From the NCBI RefSeq assembly GCF_002310835.1, contig NZ_CP011041.1, positions 1,380,001 to 1,412,000 of the forward strand: a stretch of 32,000 bases of DNA, read 5' to 3'. The stretch is from Pseudoalteromonas tetraodonis. Its GTDB lineage: Bacteria; Pseudomonadota; Gammaproteobacteria; Enterobacterales; Alteromonadaceae. The notes below the pieces were generated by a model. That model saw only the letters and a program-made list of their open reading frames with translations, was not told the origin of the DNA and searched no databases. How positions within the stretch are numbered: the stretch's first letter is position 1; the number at the start of each line of letters is the position of its first letter. This document shows, piece after piece, positions 9,763 to 19,866 of the stretch. Position numbers and translations under genes: made by a program.

Positions 9763-12726
9763 ATGATAAAAACCTATAGAGGATTTTTGTTTGCTAACTG
9801 TTTATATAAGTTGCGCAGTAACCATACGTGTTATTTAAGTCCGCTGGGACTCGTTGCACCGCTGTTTTTTAGTATCAGTGTGCACGCGAGTCAAACTGAG
9901 GGACAAATGATGCAGTTTGATATAAAAGCGCAACGAGCAGACAAAGCCTTAATAGAATTTGCTAAGCAAACTGAACAAACAGTGGTTTTTTCGTATGAGC
10001 TTGCTAAACAGTACGAGGCAAATTCATTATATGGATTTTATTCTCAACTCGATGCGTTAAACGCATTGTTAGCTGAGACTGAGCTCGATGCGGTTGTTGA
10101 TCAAAATGGTTTACTGAGTATTAAACTCAAACAAATCAATAGGAAAGATAACAACATGATGAAGCTTTCAGGAGTTAGTGCTGCCGTATTACCTGCTTTA
10201 CTTGCAGTTAATTCACAAGGAATAAATGCCGCTGAACAAAGCGCAGAACAAAACATCGAAAAAATTGCTATTGTAGGTAGTCGTGTCGCAGGACGTTCAG
10301 TTGAAGACTTACCTGTCCCCGTTGATATTTTAAGTGCAGAAGCACTCGAAAACACCGGCCAAACAGAAGTTGGCCGCATGCTTCAAGCTATCGCACCTTC
10401 TTTTAACTTTTCAAGTTCATCTATTAGTGATGGTACTGATGCATTAAGACCTGCAACGTTACGTGGCCTTGGCCCGGATCAAACATTGGTATTGATCAAT
10501 GGCAAGCGTCGTCACCAAGCAAGTATTATTCACATTAATACTTCTGTTGGTCGTGGTACTGCGGGTACTGACATGAATGCGATTCCAGCCTCAGCAATTA
10601 AACGTATTGAAGTGCTTCGCGATGGCGCTGCAGCTCAATATGGTTCGGATGCAATTGCCGGTGTTATTAATATCGTGCTAAAAGATGGCAGCGAAGGTGG
10701 TAAAGCGGCCGTTAACTACGGTGAGTATTCAGAAGGTGATGGCGAAACCGTTAATATCGACTTTAATAAAGGCTTTGCTTTAGGTGATAACGGTTATTTA
10801 AATACAACTATTAATTACCGTGATCGTGCACCAACTAACCGTGCGGGCCTTCATGGCTCATGCCAGTTCTATGGCTGTACTGAACTTTCTGATGGCACCT
10901 TGCTTGCAGGTGATCCACGCGAATTAACCGCGCCACGTGATACATTCAGAATTGGCGATGCTGATTCTCAACAATTTGGTTTAACAGTTAACACCGGCTA
11001 CGAATTAGGAGCGGGTGAACTATACGGTTTTATTACCTATTCAACTCGTGATAACGAATCAGCGGCATTTTTCCGTCATAATGCCAATGCAGGTGGTAAT
11101 CCGGTACTTCAAGATGGCGATGCAACTATCCCAGCTGGCTTCTTACCTAAAATAAATACCACGATTGATGATATTTCCTATAACTTTGGTTATAAAACTG
11201 AATTTGATAACGACTCAAGCTTAGATTTATCGTACACCTATGGTGAAAACAGCATTGACTACACAACCAGCGATACTATTAACGGCTCTTACGCGAATTT
11301 TTTACGTTATGATCAAGGCCTAAGTGCAGCAGATATTCGCGCCACGATTCCACGTCAAGGCTATGCTTATGGCATGGAGCTATCACTGCAAACGATTAAT
11401 CTTGATTTTACTCAAAATTTTGATGATTACTCATTGGCAATGGGTGCTGAAATTCGTACCGATGAGTACCGAATTTTAGAGGGTAGTGAATATGCATATC
11501 GCGATTACGATACCAGCAACGGTGTTAATATTTACGATGGGCTAAGCGGTGGTATTGGCAGCGAAAACGCATCCGGTGGCACACAAGGCTTTGGTGGTTC
11601 ATCGCCAGCGTCGTCGGTTGATGAATCGCGTGATGTGATCTCGTTTTACTTAGACGCTGAAGCTTACGTTATTGAAGATGTAATTATCTCAGGGGCGTTA
11701 CGTTACGACAATTACAAAGGGTTTGGCGATACAGTTAACTTTAAACTAGCCGGTAACTGGTCAGTAACTGAAGATATTTCACTTCGTGGTGCGCTTAGCT
11801 CAGGCTTTAGAGCACCTTCAATGCAGCAGTTGTATTTTAACAACATCAGCACACAGTTTGTTGTAGGTCCTAATGGTAATTTAGTGGCTGAAGAAGTGGG
11901 GACCTTTAGAAACGATTCAACCCTTGCGCAAAGTTTAGGTATTCCTAAATTAACAGAAGAGAAATCTCAAAACCGCAGTTTAGGTATCGTTTATAACGTA
12001 AGCGATAATATTAATGTAACGCTTGATTACTACTCAATCGATATTGACGACCGTATTGTAATTAGTAATCGCTTAGGCAAAGGTTTATCAAACAGTCTTG
12101 ATGCCGCGTTATTGAGCTCGGGTGCTGGTGCAGGACAGTTTTTCTTAAATGGGGCTGACACTGAAACGCAAGGTATCGACTTTGTAGCTACATGGAATAC
12201 AGAAGGCCTAGGCGGCACGCTTGATTTTACATTAGCGGCTAACTTTACCGAAACCGATGTCGTGTCGTTATTTACACCTGCAGGTTCTGGTCTTGAAACC
12301 GTGCCAGTCGATGATGTGTTTTCTGATCAAGAAATTTCTATCATCGAAGAATGGCAACCAGAAGATCGCATTAACTTAAGTGCACTTTATCGCCGTGACG
12401 ACTGGACTGTTAATTTATCACTTAATCGTTTTGGTGAGTACACAGTTGAAGATGGCGGTCGCCAGACTTACGGTGCTGAAATTTTAACTGACATTAAAGT
12501 TAATTACTTTGTAACTGATAACTTATCGGTAAATATTGGCGCAAATAACTTATTTGATGTTTACCCTGATGAAAACACCATAGGTAATTCACGTTCAGGT
12601 ACTATTGTAGATGCTCAAGGTAATACCATTGTCAGCAGTGATGGGGTATTTAAGTACTCTCGTCGTTCAGCGCCATTTGGTTTTAACGGTGCTTACTACT
12701 ACGTAGGTGCAGAATACCGCTTTTAA
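9763..12726 (+). CDS. TonB-dependent receptor/transducer with an N-terminal STN signalling domain
   Basis: The ORF is open from 9688; ATG 9763 gives a plausible long signal peptide ending VHA/SQ. It contains an STN domain (FDIKAQRADKALIEFAKQTEQTVVFSY...LLSIKL) and a plug (IEKIAIVGSR, LRGLGPDQTLVLINGKRR, IKRIEVLRDGAAAQYGSDAIAGVINIVLK). A beta-barrel follows, ending in the terminal aromatic YRF. The start codon is uncertain. Confidence 0.85.
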   Translation: MIKTYRGFLFANCLYKLRSNHTCYLSPLGLVAPLFFSISVHASQTEGQMMQFDIKAQRADKALIEFAKQTEQTVVFSYELAKQYEANSLYGFYSQLDALNALLAETELDAVVDQNGLLSIKLKQINRKDNNMMKLSGVSAAVLPALLAVNSQGINAAEQSAEQNIEKIAIVGSRVAGRSVEDLPVPVDILSAEALENTGQTEVGRMLQAIAPSFNFSSSSISDGTDALRPATLRGLGPDQTLVLINGKRRHQASIIHINTSVGRGTAGTDMNAIPASAIKRIEVLRDGAAAQYGSDAIAGVINIVLKDGSEGGKAAVNYGEYSEGDGETVNIDFNKGFALGDNGYLNTTINYRDRAPTNRAGLHGSCQFYGCTELSDGTLLAGDPRELTAPRDTFRIGDADSQQFGLTVNTGYELGAGELYGFITYSTRDNESAAFFRHNANAGGNPVLQDGDATIPAGFLPKINTTIDDISYNFGYKTEFDNDSSLDLSYTYGENSIDYTTSDTINGSYANFLRYDQGLSAADIRATIPRQGYAYGMELSLQTINLDFTQNFDDYSLAMGAEIRTDEYRILEGSEYAYRDYDTSNGVNIYDGLSGGIGSENASGGTQGFGGSSPASSVDESRDVISFYLDAEAYVIEDVIISGALRYDNYKGFGDTVNFKLAGNWSVTEDISLRGALSSGFRAPSMQQLYFNNISTQFVVGPNGNLVAEEVGTFRNDSTLAQSLGIPKLTEEKSQNRSLGIVYNVSDNINVTLDYYSIDIDDRIVISNRLGKGLSNSLDAALLSSGAGAGQFFLNGADTETQGIDFVATWNTEGLGGTLDFTLAANFTETDVVSLFTPAGSGLETVPVDDVFSDQEISIIEEWQPEDRINLSALYRRDDWTVNLSLNRFGEYTVEDGGRQTYGAEILTDIKVNYFVTDNLSVNIGANNLFDVYPDENTIGNSRSGTIVDAQGNTIVSSDGVFKYSRRSAPFGFNGAYYYVGAEYRF

Positions 12727-12757
12727 TTAATAACTCTCCTATTGTTATTTAACAACC

Positions 12758-12780
12758 AAAGGGCCGCAAGGCCCTTTTAT
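12758..12780. terminator. Bidirectional rho-independent terminator
   Basis: AAAGGGCC / GCAA / GGCCCTTT with flanking A and T tracts. It lies between the convergent receptor gene and the 12792-13235 gene. Confidence 0.8.
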
Positions 12781-12791
12781 AGTTTTTAAAC

Positions 12792-13235
12792 TTAATGTTT
12801 TTGCATTTTACTCATTTCAGCATGACAGCTTTGCATGGTAAGCAATACCTTTGACAGCGCCGCTTCACAATCATGTGATTGAGGCTTTTTTAACGCTGTT
12901 TTAATTTCTTCTAAGGTTTTATCTTCTACTTCTTCAAGCTCTTTAATGTAGGTTTGGTCGTTATCGCTAGTGAATGTACTGAGCAAAGCGGTAAATGCTC
13001 TGCGTGCTTCTACCGCGAACGAAGAGCCATCTTCACGTGCACCTTGTTGATTAATTGCATAGGGTTGTAAGCTTTCAACACTTACTTTGCGGGCGTCGAT
13101 CATGCGCTGAAATAATGCACTTACGCTAGGATCTTGTACTTTATCTTGTGCTTTTTCGTAAAAGTCGATACCGCTATTCATTACTTGGATAATGTCGGTG
13201 ATATGATTTATCTCTTGTCCTTGATGGGTGCTCAT
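12792..13235 (-). CDS. PA2169/DUF2383-type four-helix-bundle (ferritin-like) protein
   Basis: I start it at ATG 13235 (MSTHQGQEINHI...), with a GAGG Shine-Dalgarno upstream. The pattern NSGIDFYEKAQDKV...ALFQRMIDARK is the N-terminal signature I associate with this family. Confidence 0.6.
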   Translation of the reverse strand: MSTHQGQEINHITDIIQVMNSGIDFYEKAQDKVQDPSVSALFQRMIDARKVSVESLQPYAINQQGAREDGSSFAVEARRAFTALLSTFTSDNDQTYIKELEEVEDKTLEEIKTALKKPQSHDCEAALSKVLLTMQSCHAEMSKMQKH

Positions 13236-13407
13236 AATAATGACCTCTGTTAATTTAAAATACATAGATAACTAAGCAAGCGGCATTCCAACGCGGTTTT
13301 ATTTTTTAACTAATTGTTTTTCATGGTTTTATTATTGTGAAGAGGTCTAGGCAAGCTTGCTAACATGCTGCTAGCAAGCAAAATTTACATAAAAGCATGT
13401 AAGAAGG

Positions 13408-14346
13408 TTATTTAAGCTCTTCAGCTACTTCGGCCACTTTTTGACGTAACCAAATATGGCTAGCATCTCTGTGTAACAAAGGGCTCCATATCATATCAAG
13501 TTCAAATGGTGGAATTGGAAAGGGTGGTTCAAGTATTTTAAGCCCCGGATCGTCTACATAAATATTGGCCGCTTTTGAAGGTAAAGTCGCCACGAGGTTT
13601 TTTTCTTTCGCTAAATGAATCGCAACATGGTAGTTACGAGTAAACGTGGCAATATTTCGATGCTTCCCAAAATGAGCGAGCGCTTCGTCAACCCAACCCA
13701 GCTTTTGCACATCTTTTGGATCCATGCCAACCCCAACACCAAAGCCTGTTTTACTTACCCAAATATGACGGGCTTTTAAATAGCTATCTAGGCTAAAGTT
13801 TTCAATAATAGGGTTGTCGGATCTTACTAAACAGCAAAAGCTATCTTTCCAAATTCGCTTATGATGAAACGATTGCGGTAAGTTCTCGAAGCGGTTAATT
13901 GCCATGTCTACTTTACCGTTTTCTACATCATGGAAAGTTACATCGCTGGGCGTTAAAATATCTAATGTGGTGTCTGGGGCTTCTTCATGTAATTTCCCTA
14001 ACAAACGCGGTGCCATGGTACTGGCTGCATAGTCACTGGCCATAATTCTAAACACGCGTTTACTTTGTTTAGCTTCAAATTCGCGATTAGGTGCTAGCGT
14101 TTCTTCAAGCGTCATCAAAATACCGCGAATAACAGGCTGTAACTCAATAGCGCGCTCGGTCGGCACCATACCATCGCTGGTACGCACTAAAATAGGATCG
14201 TTAAAAAGGTTACGTAGGCGTTTAAGTCCATTACTCATTGCCGGTTGAGTAATACTAAGCTGGTTAGCAGCACGAGTAACGTTACATTCGCGCAGTAATG
14301 TATCGAGGTAAACCAGTAAATTTAAATCTATTTTACTTATATTCAT
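13408..14346 (-). CDS. LysR-family transcriptional regulator
   Basis: 312 aa. The N-terminal wHTH is IDLNLLVYLDTLLRECNVTRAANQLSITQPAMSNGLKRLR, followed by a LysR substrate-binding domain. Confidence 0.9.
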   Translation of the reverse strand: MNISKIDLNLLVYLDTLLRECNVTRAANQLSITQPAMSNGLKRLRNLFNDPILVRTSDGMVPTERAIELQPVIRGILMTLEETLAPNREFEAKQSKRVFRIMASDYAASTMAPRLLGKLHEEAPDTTLDILTPSDVTFHDVENGKVDMAINRFENLPQSFHHKRIWKDSFCCLVRSDNPIIENFSLDSYLKARHIWVSKTGFGVGVGMDPKDVQKLGWVDEALAHFGKHRNIATFTRNYHVAIHLAKEKNLVATLPSKAANIYVDDPGLKILEPPFPIPPFELDMIWSPLLHRDASHIWLRQKVAEVAEELK

Positions 14347-14362
14347 TGTGTGTCCTTAACGT

Positions 14363-16081
14363 TTACCAGTAATGGATAAAACGCTGTGCTGTAGGATAGG
14401 GATAAATATGACTCACCTTTCCATTTTTTATATTTTGTTGTGCTTGTTTCCAAAAGCTCACATCAAGTAGTTCAGGGTGCGTACTGGTTAAAAATTGTTT
14501 ATATGTTGGGTTAGGCATTACAAAGGTACATAATTGCTCTGGAAATACATCTTGCGGAGCAACCGAGTAACTTTGTTCATCCATCAAATAATCATCATAA
14601 CTTTTTGCTTTGGGTAGTGCTCTAAAGTTCATGTCTGTTAAATATTGCACTTCATCGTAATCATAAAAAATAATACGTTTGTGCTTACTTACACCAAAGT
14701 TCTTTAACAGCATATCGCCAGGGAAAATATTCACGGCAATCATTTCTTTAAGCGCCTGGCCATACTCTTCAATGGCATCGGCGGCACTTTTTTCGTCTGC
14801 ATTTTCTAAAAACAAATTAAGCGGTGTCATTCGCCGTTCAATGTATAAATGTTTTATGATTAACCAGTCACCCTCAATCACCATCGATGAGCCAATGGTT
14901 TTGTGCAACTGTGCTAACAAGTTACTATCAAATCGTGCCAAAGGAAATACGACGTTTGAATACTCTATGGTGTCAGCCATTCGGCCAACACGGTCATGAC
15001 TTTTAACCAGTTGATAGCGTTTTAATACCGTATCGCGACCAAACGGCTTACTTTCACCAAATTTATCTTTAATAACTTTAAATACATAACCAAACGAGGG
15101 TAGGGTAAATACCATCATCACCATACCCGGTGTACCGGGAGCAATGGTAAATTCATCATTAGAATGGGTTAAATGATTCAAAAACTCGCGATAAAACTCG
15201 GTTTTACCTTGTTTATGAAAGCCTATGGCGTTGTAAAGCTCGGCGAGGGTTTTATTAGGCATAAGTTGATTTAAAAACCGCACTAACGCTGAAGGAGCAT
15301 GAGTTTCTACCATAAAATAGGCACGCGCAAAGCCAAAAATAACGCGCATTTGTGACGACTTTGTAAGTAAGGCATCTAAATAGAGGCCTTTATCTTCATG
15401 GTGTAACACGGCAATAATAAAAGGCTGAACGCCACTTTGCGATACAACGCGCCCCACAATGTAAGCGGCTTTATTACGATAAAACGGGGTATGTAATATA
15501 TCAAAACGCATTTGCCAATGCTGGTGGTGTGTATCGGGTGCTTGTTTATAAAAGGCTTTAACTAATAAACGAATATCGCGTTCTAGATTGACAAAGTCGG
15601 CCTTAAAATCAAAGTGATTAATAATACGCTTAATGGTGGGCTTTAAACCATCTACAACAGGAAAATAACTACGGTATTCAGCTTCAACGGGCACAGAAGG
15701 CGCATCTTTGAGCGTGGCTTCTACAAAAATAAAGTCATTGTGAAAATAGCGGCGGTGGTACAGGCGGCAGAATACTGAATTATAAAATGTTTCAGCAAGT
15801 TCTGCTTGCGGATGAAAACATAAAAAGTGTTGGTAAAGCTTTTTCACTTCAAGCCATAAGCTCTCGTTTAGCGCGTCTGTTTGCTGGCGTTCTCGTAGTG
15901 TTTTTGTTGTTTCGTTTACCCGATCATCGTAATAGCTTATACGCAGGCGACTTATATCATTAATAGCTTGCCAGTCTCTTTTAGCAAAAGCGTAGGGAGC
16001 CTTGGCTGTTGTTCTTTGAAACAGCAAATAATGCTTTTTAAAACCGGTTAAAATTAATTCAGCAATTTGGCGTGGTTGCAT
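14363..16081 (-). CDS. aceK: Isocitrate dehydrogenase kinase/phosphatase
   Basis: 572 aa (similar in length to E. coli AceK, from memory). It is collinear with AceK, including the N-terminus ILTGFKKHYLLFQ, the kinase core GTPGMVMMVFTLPSFGYVFKVIKDKF and DMLLKNFGVSKHKRIIFYDYDE. Confidence 0.9.
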   Translation of the reverse strand: MQPRQIAELILTGFKKHYLLFQRTTAKAPYAFAKRDWQAINDISRLRISYYDDRVNETTKTLRERQQTDALNESLWLEVKKLYQHFLCFHPQAELAETFYNSVFCRLYHRRYFHNDFIFVEATLKDAPSVPVEAEYRSYFPVVDGLKPTIKRIINHFDFKADFVNLERDIRLLVKAFYKQAPDTHHQHWQMRFDILHTPFYRNKAAYIVGRVVSQSGVQPFIIAVLHHEDKGLYLDALLTKSSQMRVIFGFARAYFMVETHAPSALVRFLNQLMPNKTLAELYNAIGFHKQGKTEFYREFLNHLTHSNDEFTIAPGTPGMVMMVFTLPSFGYVFKVIKDKFGESKPFGRDTVLKRYQLVKSHDRVGRMADTIEYSNVVFPLARFDSNLLAQLHKTIGSSMVIEGDWLIIKHLYIERRMTPLNLFLENADEKSAADAIEEYGQALKEMIAVNIFPGDMLLKNFGVSKHKRIIFYDYDEVQYLTDMNFRALPKAKSYDDYLMDEQSYSVAPQDVFPEQLCTFVMPNPTYKQFLTSTHPELLDVSFWKQAQQNIKNGKVSHIYPYPTAQRFIHYW

Positions 16082-16436
16082 CAGTACTCCTTAATAGACG
16101 CCTTTAGGTGTTTAGGATAATGCCGGTGGTTATACCAATTTTATTAAAAACATGATCATTCTAGCGTTTTAAATAGTCCGCTAGCTGCGTTAAAAATTAT
16201 TTATATAGAACAACTATGTATCATAATTTTCGCCTTGTTATCGACTTATTTCTTTGTCGCTATAATAGATCACTAATTTAATGCAATTGGTATTAGTATT
16301 AAATCCGAAAAAGGTGGTCAAAGGAAATTACACCACTAAACACACAATAGAGTTTATGCTCTATAGATGTTAAGGGTATGTTATTTTATATTTAAAACCA
16401 AGCTAATTAAGATGATATTTATTGAAGTTAGTCTGA

Positions 16437-16919
16437 TTAAGGTTGATAGGCATCAATCTTTTTTTGTAACTTTTTAATACGCTTTTCAATCAATGCTTTA
16501 TCTTTTTTATATTGCTTATCTAATTTTTTCTGTGTGTTTCTAATATCTTTGCTAATACGCTTTTTATCATCTGCGCTCAATATATGATTTAAACGCTGCT
16601 GTTGTTTAAAATCAGCCCTGTCTTTTTCTCGTAAAAGTATTGCTAACTTATGCTGATTACTGCGCAGCTCTGCTTCTAGGTTGGAAATAATCGTATCTCG
16701 TTCCAGCTCGTTTAACTGTTTGGTATAGTTTATTTCTTTACCGGTTTGCTTAGGCTCAGTGGCGGTTATTGTGTGTGAGGTAGCATTATCACTACAGGGA
16801 AACTGAGAGAAAGTGGTGCCTTTGGGAGTGACGCACTTGAAATAGGTGGTTTGAGCTAATGCAAGAGAGCTAAAACATAAAATACAGACAGTAATGATCA
16901 GATTAATAACGCTGAACAT
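16437..16919 (-). CDS. Secreted DUF4124-like protein with a lysine-rich coiled-coil tail
   Basis: It has a signal peptide (ILCFSSLALA/QT). YFKCVTPKGTTFSQFPCS resembles the DUF4124 beta-hairpin motif. The rest is predicted coiled coil (KKLDKQYKKDKALIEKRIKKLQKKI). Confidence 0.45.
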   Translation of the reverse strand: MFSVINLIITVCILCFSSLALAQTTYFKCVTPKGTTFSQFPCSDNATSHTITATEPKQTGKEINYTKQLNELERDTIISNLEAELRSNQHKLAILLREKDRADFKQQQRLNHILSADDKKRISKDIRNTQKKLDKQYKKDKALIEKRIKKLQKKIDAYQP

Positions 16920-17026
16920 AATGATTATCCTTTGTATATTCTGATCGAGTTAATAATTTTTAATGATAAAAACTATAACCTAGCTTGGGGGGATAGCAAG
17001 TGCAAAGGAGTAATAACAGAAACTAA

Positions 17027-17049
17027 GCGAGTCATTTTTAATGACTCGC
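17027..17049 (-). terminator. Hairpin downstream of the yejM-like gene
   Basis: GCGAGTCATT / TTT / AATGACTCGC, a 10-bp perfect inverted repeat 16 nt past the stop. It has no strong T-tract, so its terminator function is uncertain. Confidence 0.35.
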
Positions 17050-17064
17050 TCGTATTATGAGGTG

Positions 17065-18561
17065 CTATTGAGAAAATGTTTTAAGCTTTTTAATACCATG
17101 CACTAAAAATGGAATATCAAGCCCTTGTTCAATTGAAAACCCTTCAGCGGCAGAGATATTTCTAAAATTTCCATCACGATCAATAAGCGTGATTCTATCT
17201 TTTTTGTAAGCAATCACCACGCCTTGCGAGTAATTAACCCCAATATTATTACTTTTACTGTACAAGTTTTCGCCCAGCATAGTTTGTTGCGCAAGCGCAT
17301 TACAGTTTAAGTATTGGCCAAGGCTCGTAGCGATAATATCGCTAGGCTGAATTAAACCGTTCACCTTAGAAATAAATTTATCGGAACTGTACAATGTTGA
17401 CGTGGTTACAATTTCATTGCTATTTTGCGAGATACTAAAAGCAAAAAATTCAGTAGCGTCATCACGTACAGTGGCGTTTTCAGCCCCTTTGACAATTCTT
17501 ATTGCACTGTCTTTGTGTGCTTGCTCGTTAATAAAGCTCAGCTCATCAATACCGGCCACTTCCACACTACGACGTTGGCTTTGCCAAACGGGTAAAGTTT
17601 GCTGCTCAATAATGTTCGTTTTGTAAAATGCTGGCAAGCCGTACACAAGCCCAAATAACATATCACTATGATCGGTGGGTTGTAAAAATTGCGTGTTTTT
17701 ATAAATACTTTGTTGGCTGGCAACAAATTTTGCTAGCTGCTCGTCATTATCAAACACCAAGATATCAACTTTTGCTGCGCTGTAATCTTCACATTTTTCT
17801 AATGGAGCAGGTGCTTGATAATTAATACCTTGGTTATTAATTTTAACGTTGTGCGCTTGCTCGTAGCTTTCAACATCCAGCAAATCGTTTTTAGCGAGTA
17901 AGCTTTTTGCCGTAGTCGGGTACGAAAGTGGTAGTACATTATCTTGTTTAGTGATATCAAATTTTAAATTGGCATCAGCCCAAATATGAATGCTGTGGCT
18001 TAGCGCAAAACAAATCACTAAAAATGAACCGGCATAACGGGCAAATTTAAACTGTTTTAAACGCCCTAAATGATGCCAAGTAAAATTACTAACAGTCAAT
18101 TGAAACGCTAATATTGCTAACACTATGCTGCCTGCTAGCAAGGTAGTAAGTGCGGGTGAGTTTGTTACACGATGCCACAACAGTGAAATAATTTCAGGCA
18201 GTGCAGAGGCATTTAAGTGATAACCTAAGTTAAAGTAGACGTAAGCGTCTAAAGTAAGGATAGAGGCCCCGACAGTTGCAATCACTGCTGCCATACCACG
18301 TATATGCCGTGGGTAGGGGAATACTAAACTCAAAGGGAAAACCGTCAGCACAAACGCTAAAAATGCAATAAAGCTAGTGTGGCTTAGCCAAGTAACCATC
18401 ATATAGGTTATACCCATATAAGTGGTCGGTGGCGAATCGGCAAATAAATAGCTTAAGCTAATTAAAAGCGCTAAGCCAATATTGGCAAATGTAAACCAAT
18501 GACCCCAACTTAATAATTGACTCGCTTTCGATGAAAACTGGTTGTGCTGCGATAAATTCAT
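17065..18561 (-). CDS. yejM: YejM/PbgA/LapC-like inner-membrane protein (DUF3413 plus a sulfatase-like periplasmic domain)
   Basis: 498 aa with about 5 N-terminal TM helices. The periplasmic region TDHSDMLFGLVYGLP aligns with E. coli YejM TTDNGIFGLFYGISP, from memory. Synteny with yejL and yejK matches E. coli. It appears shorter than the E. coli protein as I remember it. Confidence 0.7.
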   Translation of the reverse strand: MNLSQHNQFSSKASQLLSWGHWFTFANIGLALLISLSYLFADSPPTTYMGITYMMVTWLSHTSFIAFLAFVLTVFPLSLVFPYPRHIRGMAAVIATVGASILTLDAYVYFNLGYHLNASALPEIISLLWHRVTNSPALTTLLAGSIVLAILAFQLTVSNFTWHHLGRLKQFKFARYAGSFLVICFALSHSIHIWADANLKFDITKQDNVLPLSYPTTAKSLLAKNDLLDVESYEQAHNVKINNQGINYQAPAPLEKCEDYSAAKVDILVFDNDEQLAKFVASQQSIYKNTQFLQPTDHSDMLFGLVYGLPAFYKTNIIEQQTLPVWQSQRRSVEVAGIDELSFINEQAHKDSAIRIVKGAENATVRDDATEFFAFSISQNSNEIVTTSTLYSSDKFISKVNGLIQPSDIIATSLGQYLNCNALAQQTMLGENLYSKSNNIGVNYSQGVVIAYKKDRITLIDRDGNFRNISAAEGFSIEQGLDIPFLVHGIKKLKTFSQ

Positions 18562-18566
18562 AGAGT

Positions 18567-18779
18567 TTACTTAACCGACTGCGCGAGTGCTTTTGCAAAG
18601 TTCTCGGTAACGGCTTGTCTTTTCCCTGTTGGTACATGCTCTTTTAAGATATGCGTGATAGAATTTCCTAAACACATAAGACTTAAATCAACCGGCGCAT
18701 TATGTTTTGATAAAACATCAATAAGCTGATCGACGATTTGTTCTACTTCTTCATTAGAGTATTTTGATAAGATTGGCAT
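18567..18779 (-). CDS. yejL: UPF0352 protein YejL
   Basis: From ATG 18779 it reads MPILSKYSNEEVEQIVDQLIDVLSKHNAPVDLSLMCLGN, close to E. coli YejL ([39 protein letters not shown]). The track's TTG start at 18791 is probably 4 codons too long. Confidence 0.85.
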   Translation of the reverse strand: MPILSKYSNEEVEQIVDQLIDVLSKHNAPVDLSLMCLGNSITHILKEHVPTGKRQAVTENFAKALAQSVK

Positions 18780-18842
18780 CAGTTGGTTCAATAAAAAGAG
18801 TTATATTCCCGTATTTTAACACCAGAGGCGTGAAAAACAAAG

Positions 18843-19859
18843 ATGGCAATAGATGTTAAAAAATTAGTCGTACACTATGTAGACAAAAAAGATGACGATA
18901 CTCAAATTCACCTTCGTAACGACGAAATGACAATCAATGATAAAGTGGCTGTATTCATTGAGCAATTACACCATGCCTATAATGGCAAGCCAGGTAAAGG
19001 GTTTTGTGCTTTTAGTGGCGAAAAAAACAGTATTGTAGCCTCTACTATGCAAAGCTATCGCAATAATGAGCTTGGCTTTTGGCACATGACCGAGCAGGCA
19101 TCAACGGTGCTAAAAGAAGAGTTAGATAAATACGCCTTTAACGAAACCGGCTATTTAGTATTTTGTCACTATCAGTACGTGGCGACTGATTATATGTTGA
19201 TTGCCATGATCAATATTAAAGAGCATTACTCAATGACCTCTGAGCTTGATTTAGCCGCATCGCGTCATTTAGATATTTCGCGTATGCAATTGGCTGCTCG
19301 TATTGATTTAACCGCATGGGATACCCAGGCAGAAGACAATCGTTATATTTCATTTATTAAAGGTCGTGCAGGGCGTAAAGTCGCTGACTTTTTCTTAGAC
19401 TTTTTAGGTTGCGAAGAGGGCATTGATCCTAAGCAGCAAAGTCAAGTGATGCTCAATGCGGTAGAAGACTACTTATCAGAGCAAGAGTTTGATAAGTCTG
19501 AAAAAGACGAGTTACGTAAGCAAGTATTTGATTACTGTAACGACTGTGTTACCACGGGTGAAGAAGCTAATGTGAGTGAACTTTCAGCAACGCTTACCAA
19601 AGGTGACGACAACCCGTTTGAAAGTTTTTGTAAAGAGCAAAGCTATGACTTAGAAGAGTCATTCCCGGTTGACAAAAAAACGGTAACCAGCATGGTTAAA
19701 TTTTCAGGCTTAGGCGGTGGAGTCAGTATCAGTTTTGAGCGTAAGCATTTAGGCGAGCGTGTAACTTATAATGAAGCCACTGATACGTTAGTGATCAAGG
19801 GCATTCCACCAAACCTAAAAGATCAACTACAGCGTTTTATGGAACAACAGCAAGATTAA
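18843..19859 (+). CDS. yejK: Nucleoid-associated protein YejK (NdpA)
   Basis: 338 aa, collinear with E. coli YejK. Shared motifs are ARIDLTAWDT...RYISFIKGRAGRKVADFFLDFLG and TDTLVIKGIPPNLKDQLQR. Confidence 0.92.
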   Translation: MAIDVKKLVVHYVDKKDDDTQIHLRNDEMTINDKVAVFIEQLHHAYNGKPGKGFCAFSGEKNSIVASTMQSYRNNELGFWHMTEQASTVLKEELDKYAFNETGYLVFCHYQYVATDYMLIAMINIKEHYSMTSELDLAASRHLDISRMQLAARIDLTAWDTQAEDNRYISFIKGRAGRKVADFFLDFLGCEEGIDPKQQSQVMLNAVEDYLSEQEFDKSEKDELRKQVFDYCNDCVTTGEEANVSELSATLTKGDDNPFESFCKEQSYDLEESFPVDKKTVTSMVKFSGLGGGVSISFERKHLGERVTYNEATDTLVIKGIPPNLKDQLQRFMEQQQD

Positions 19860-19866
19860 ACTCACA

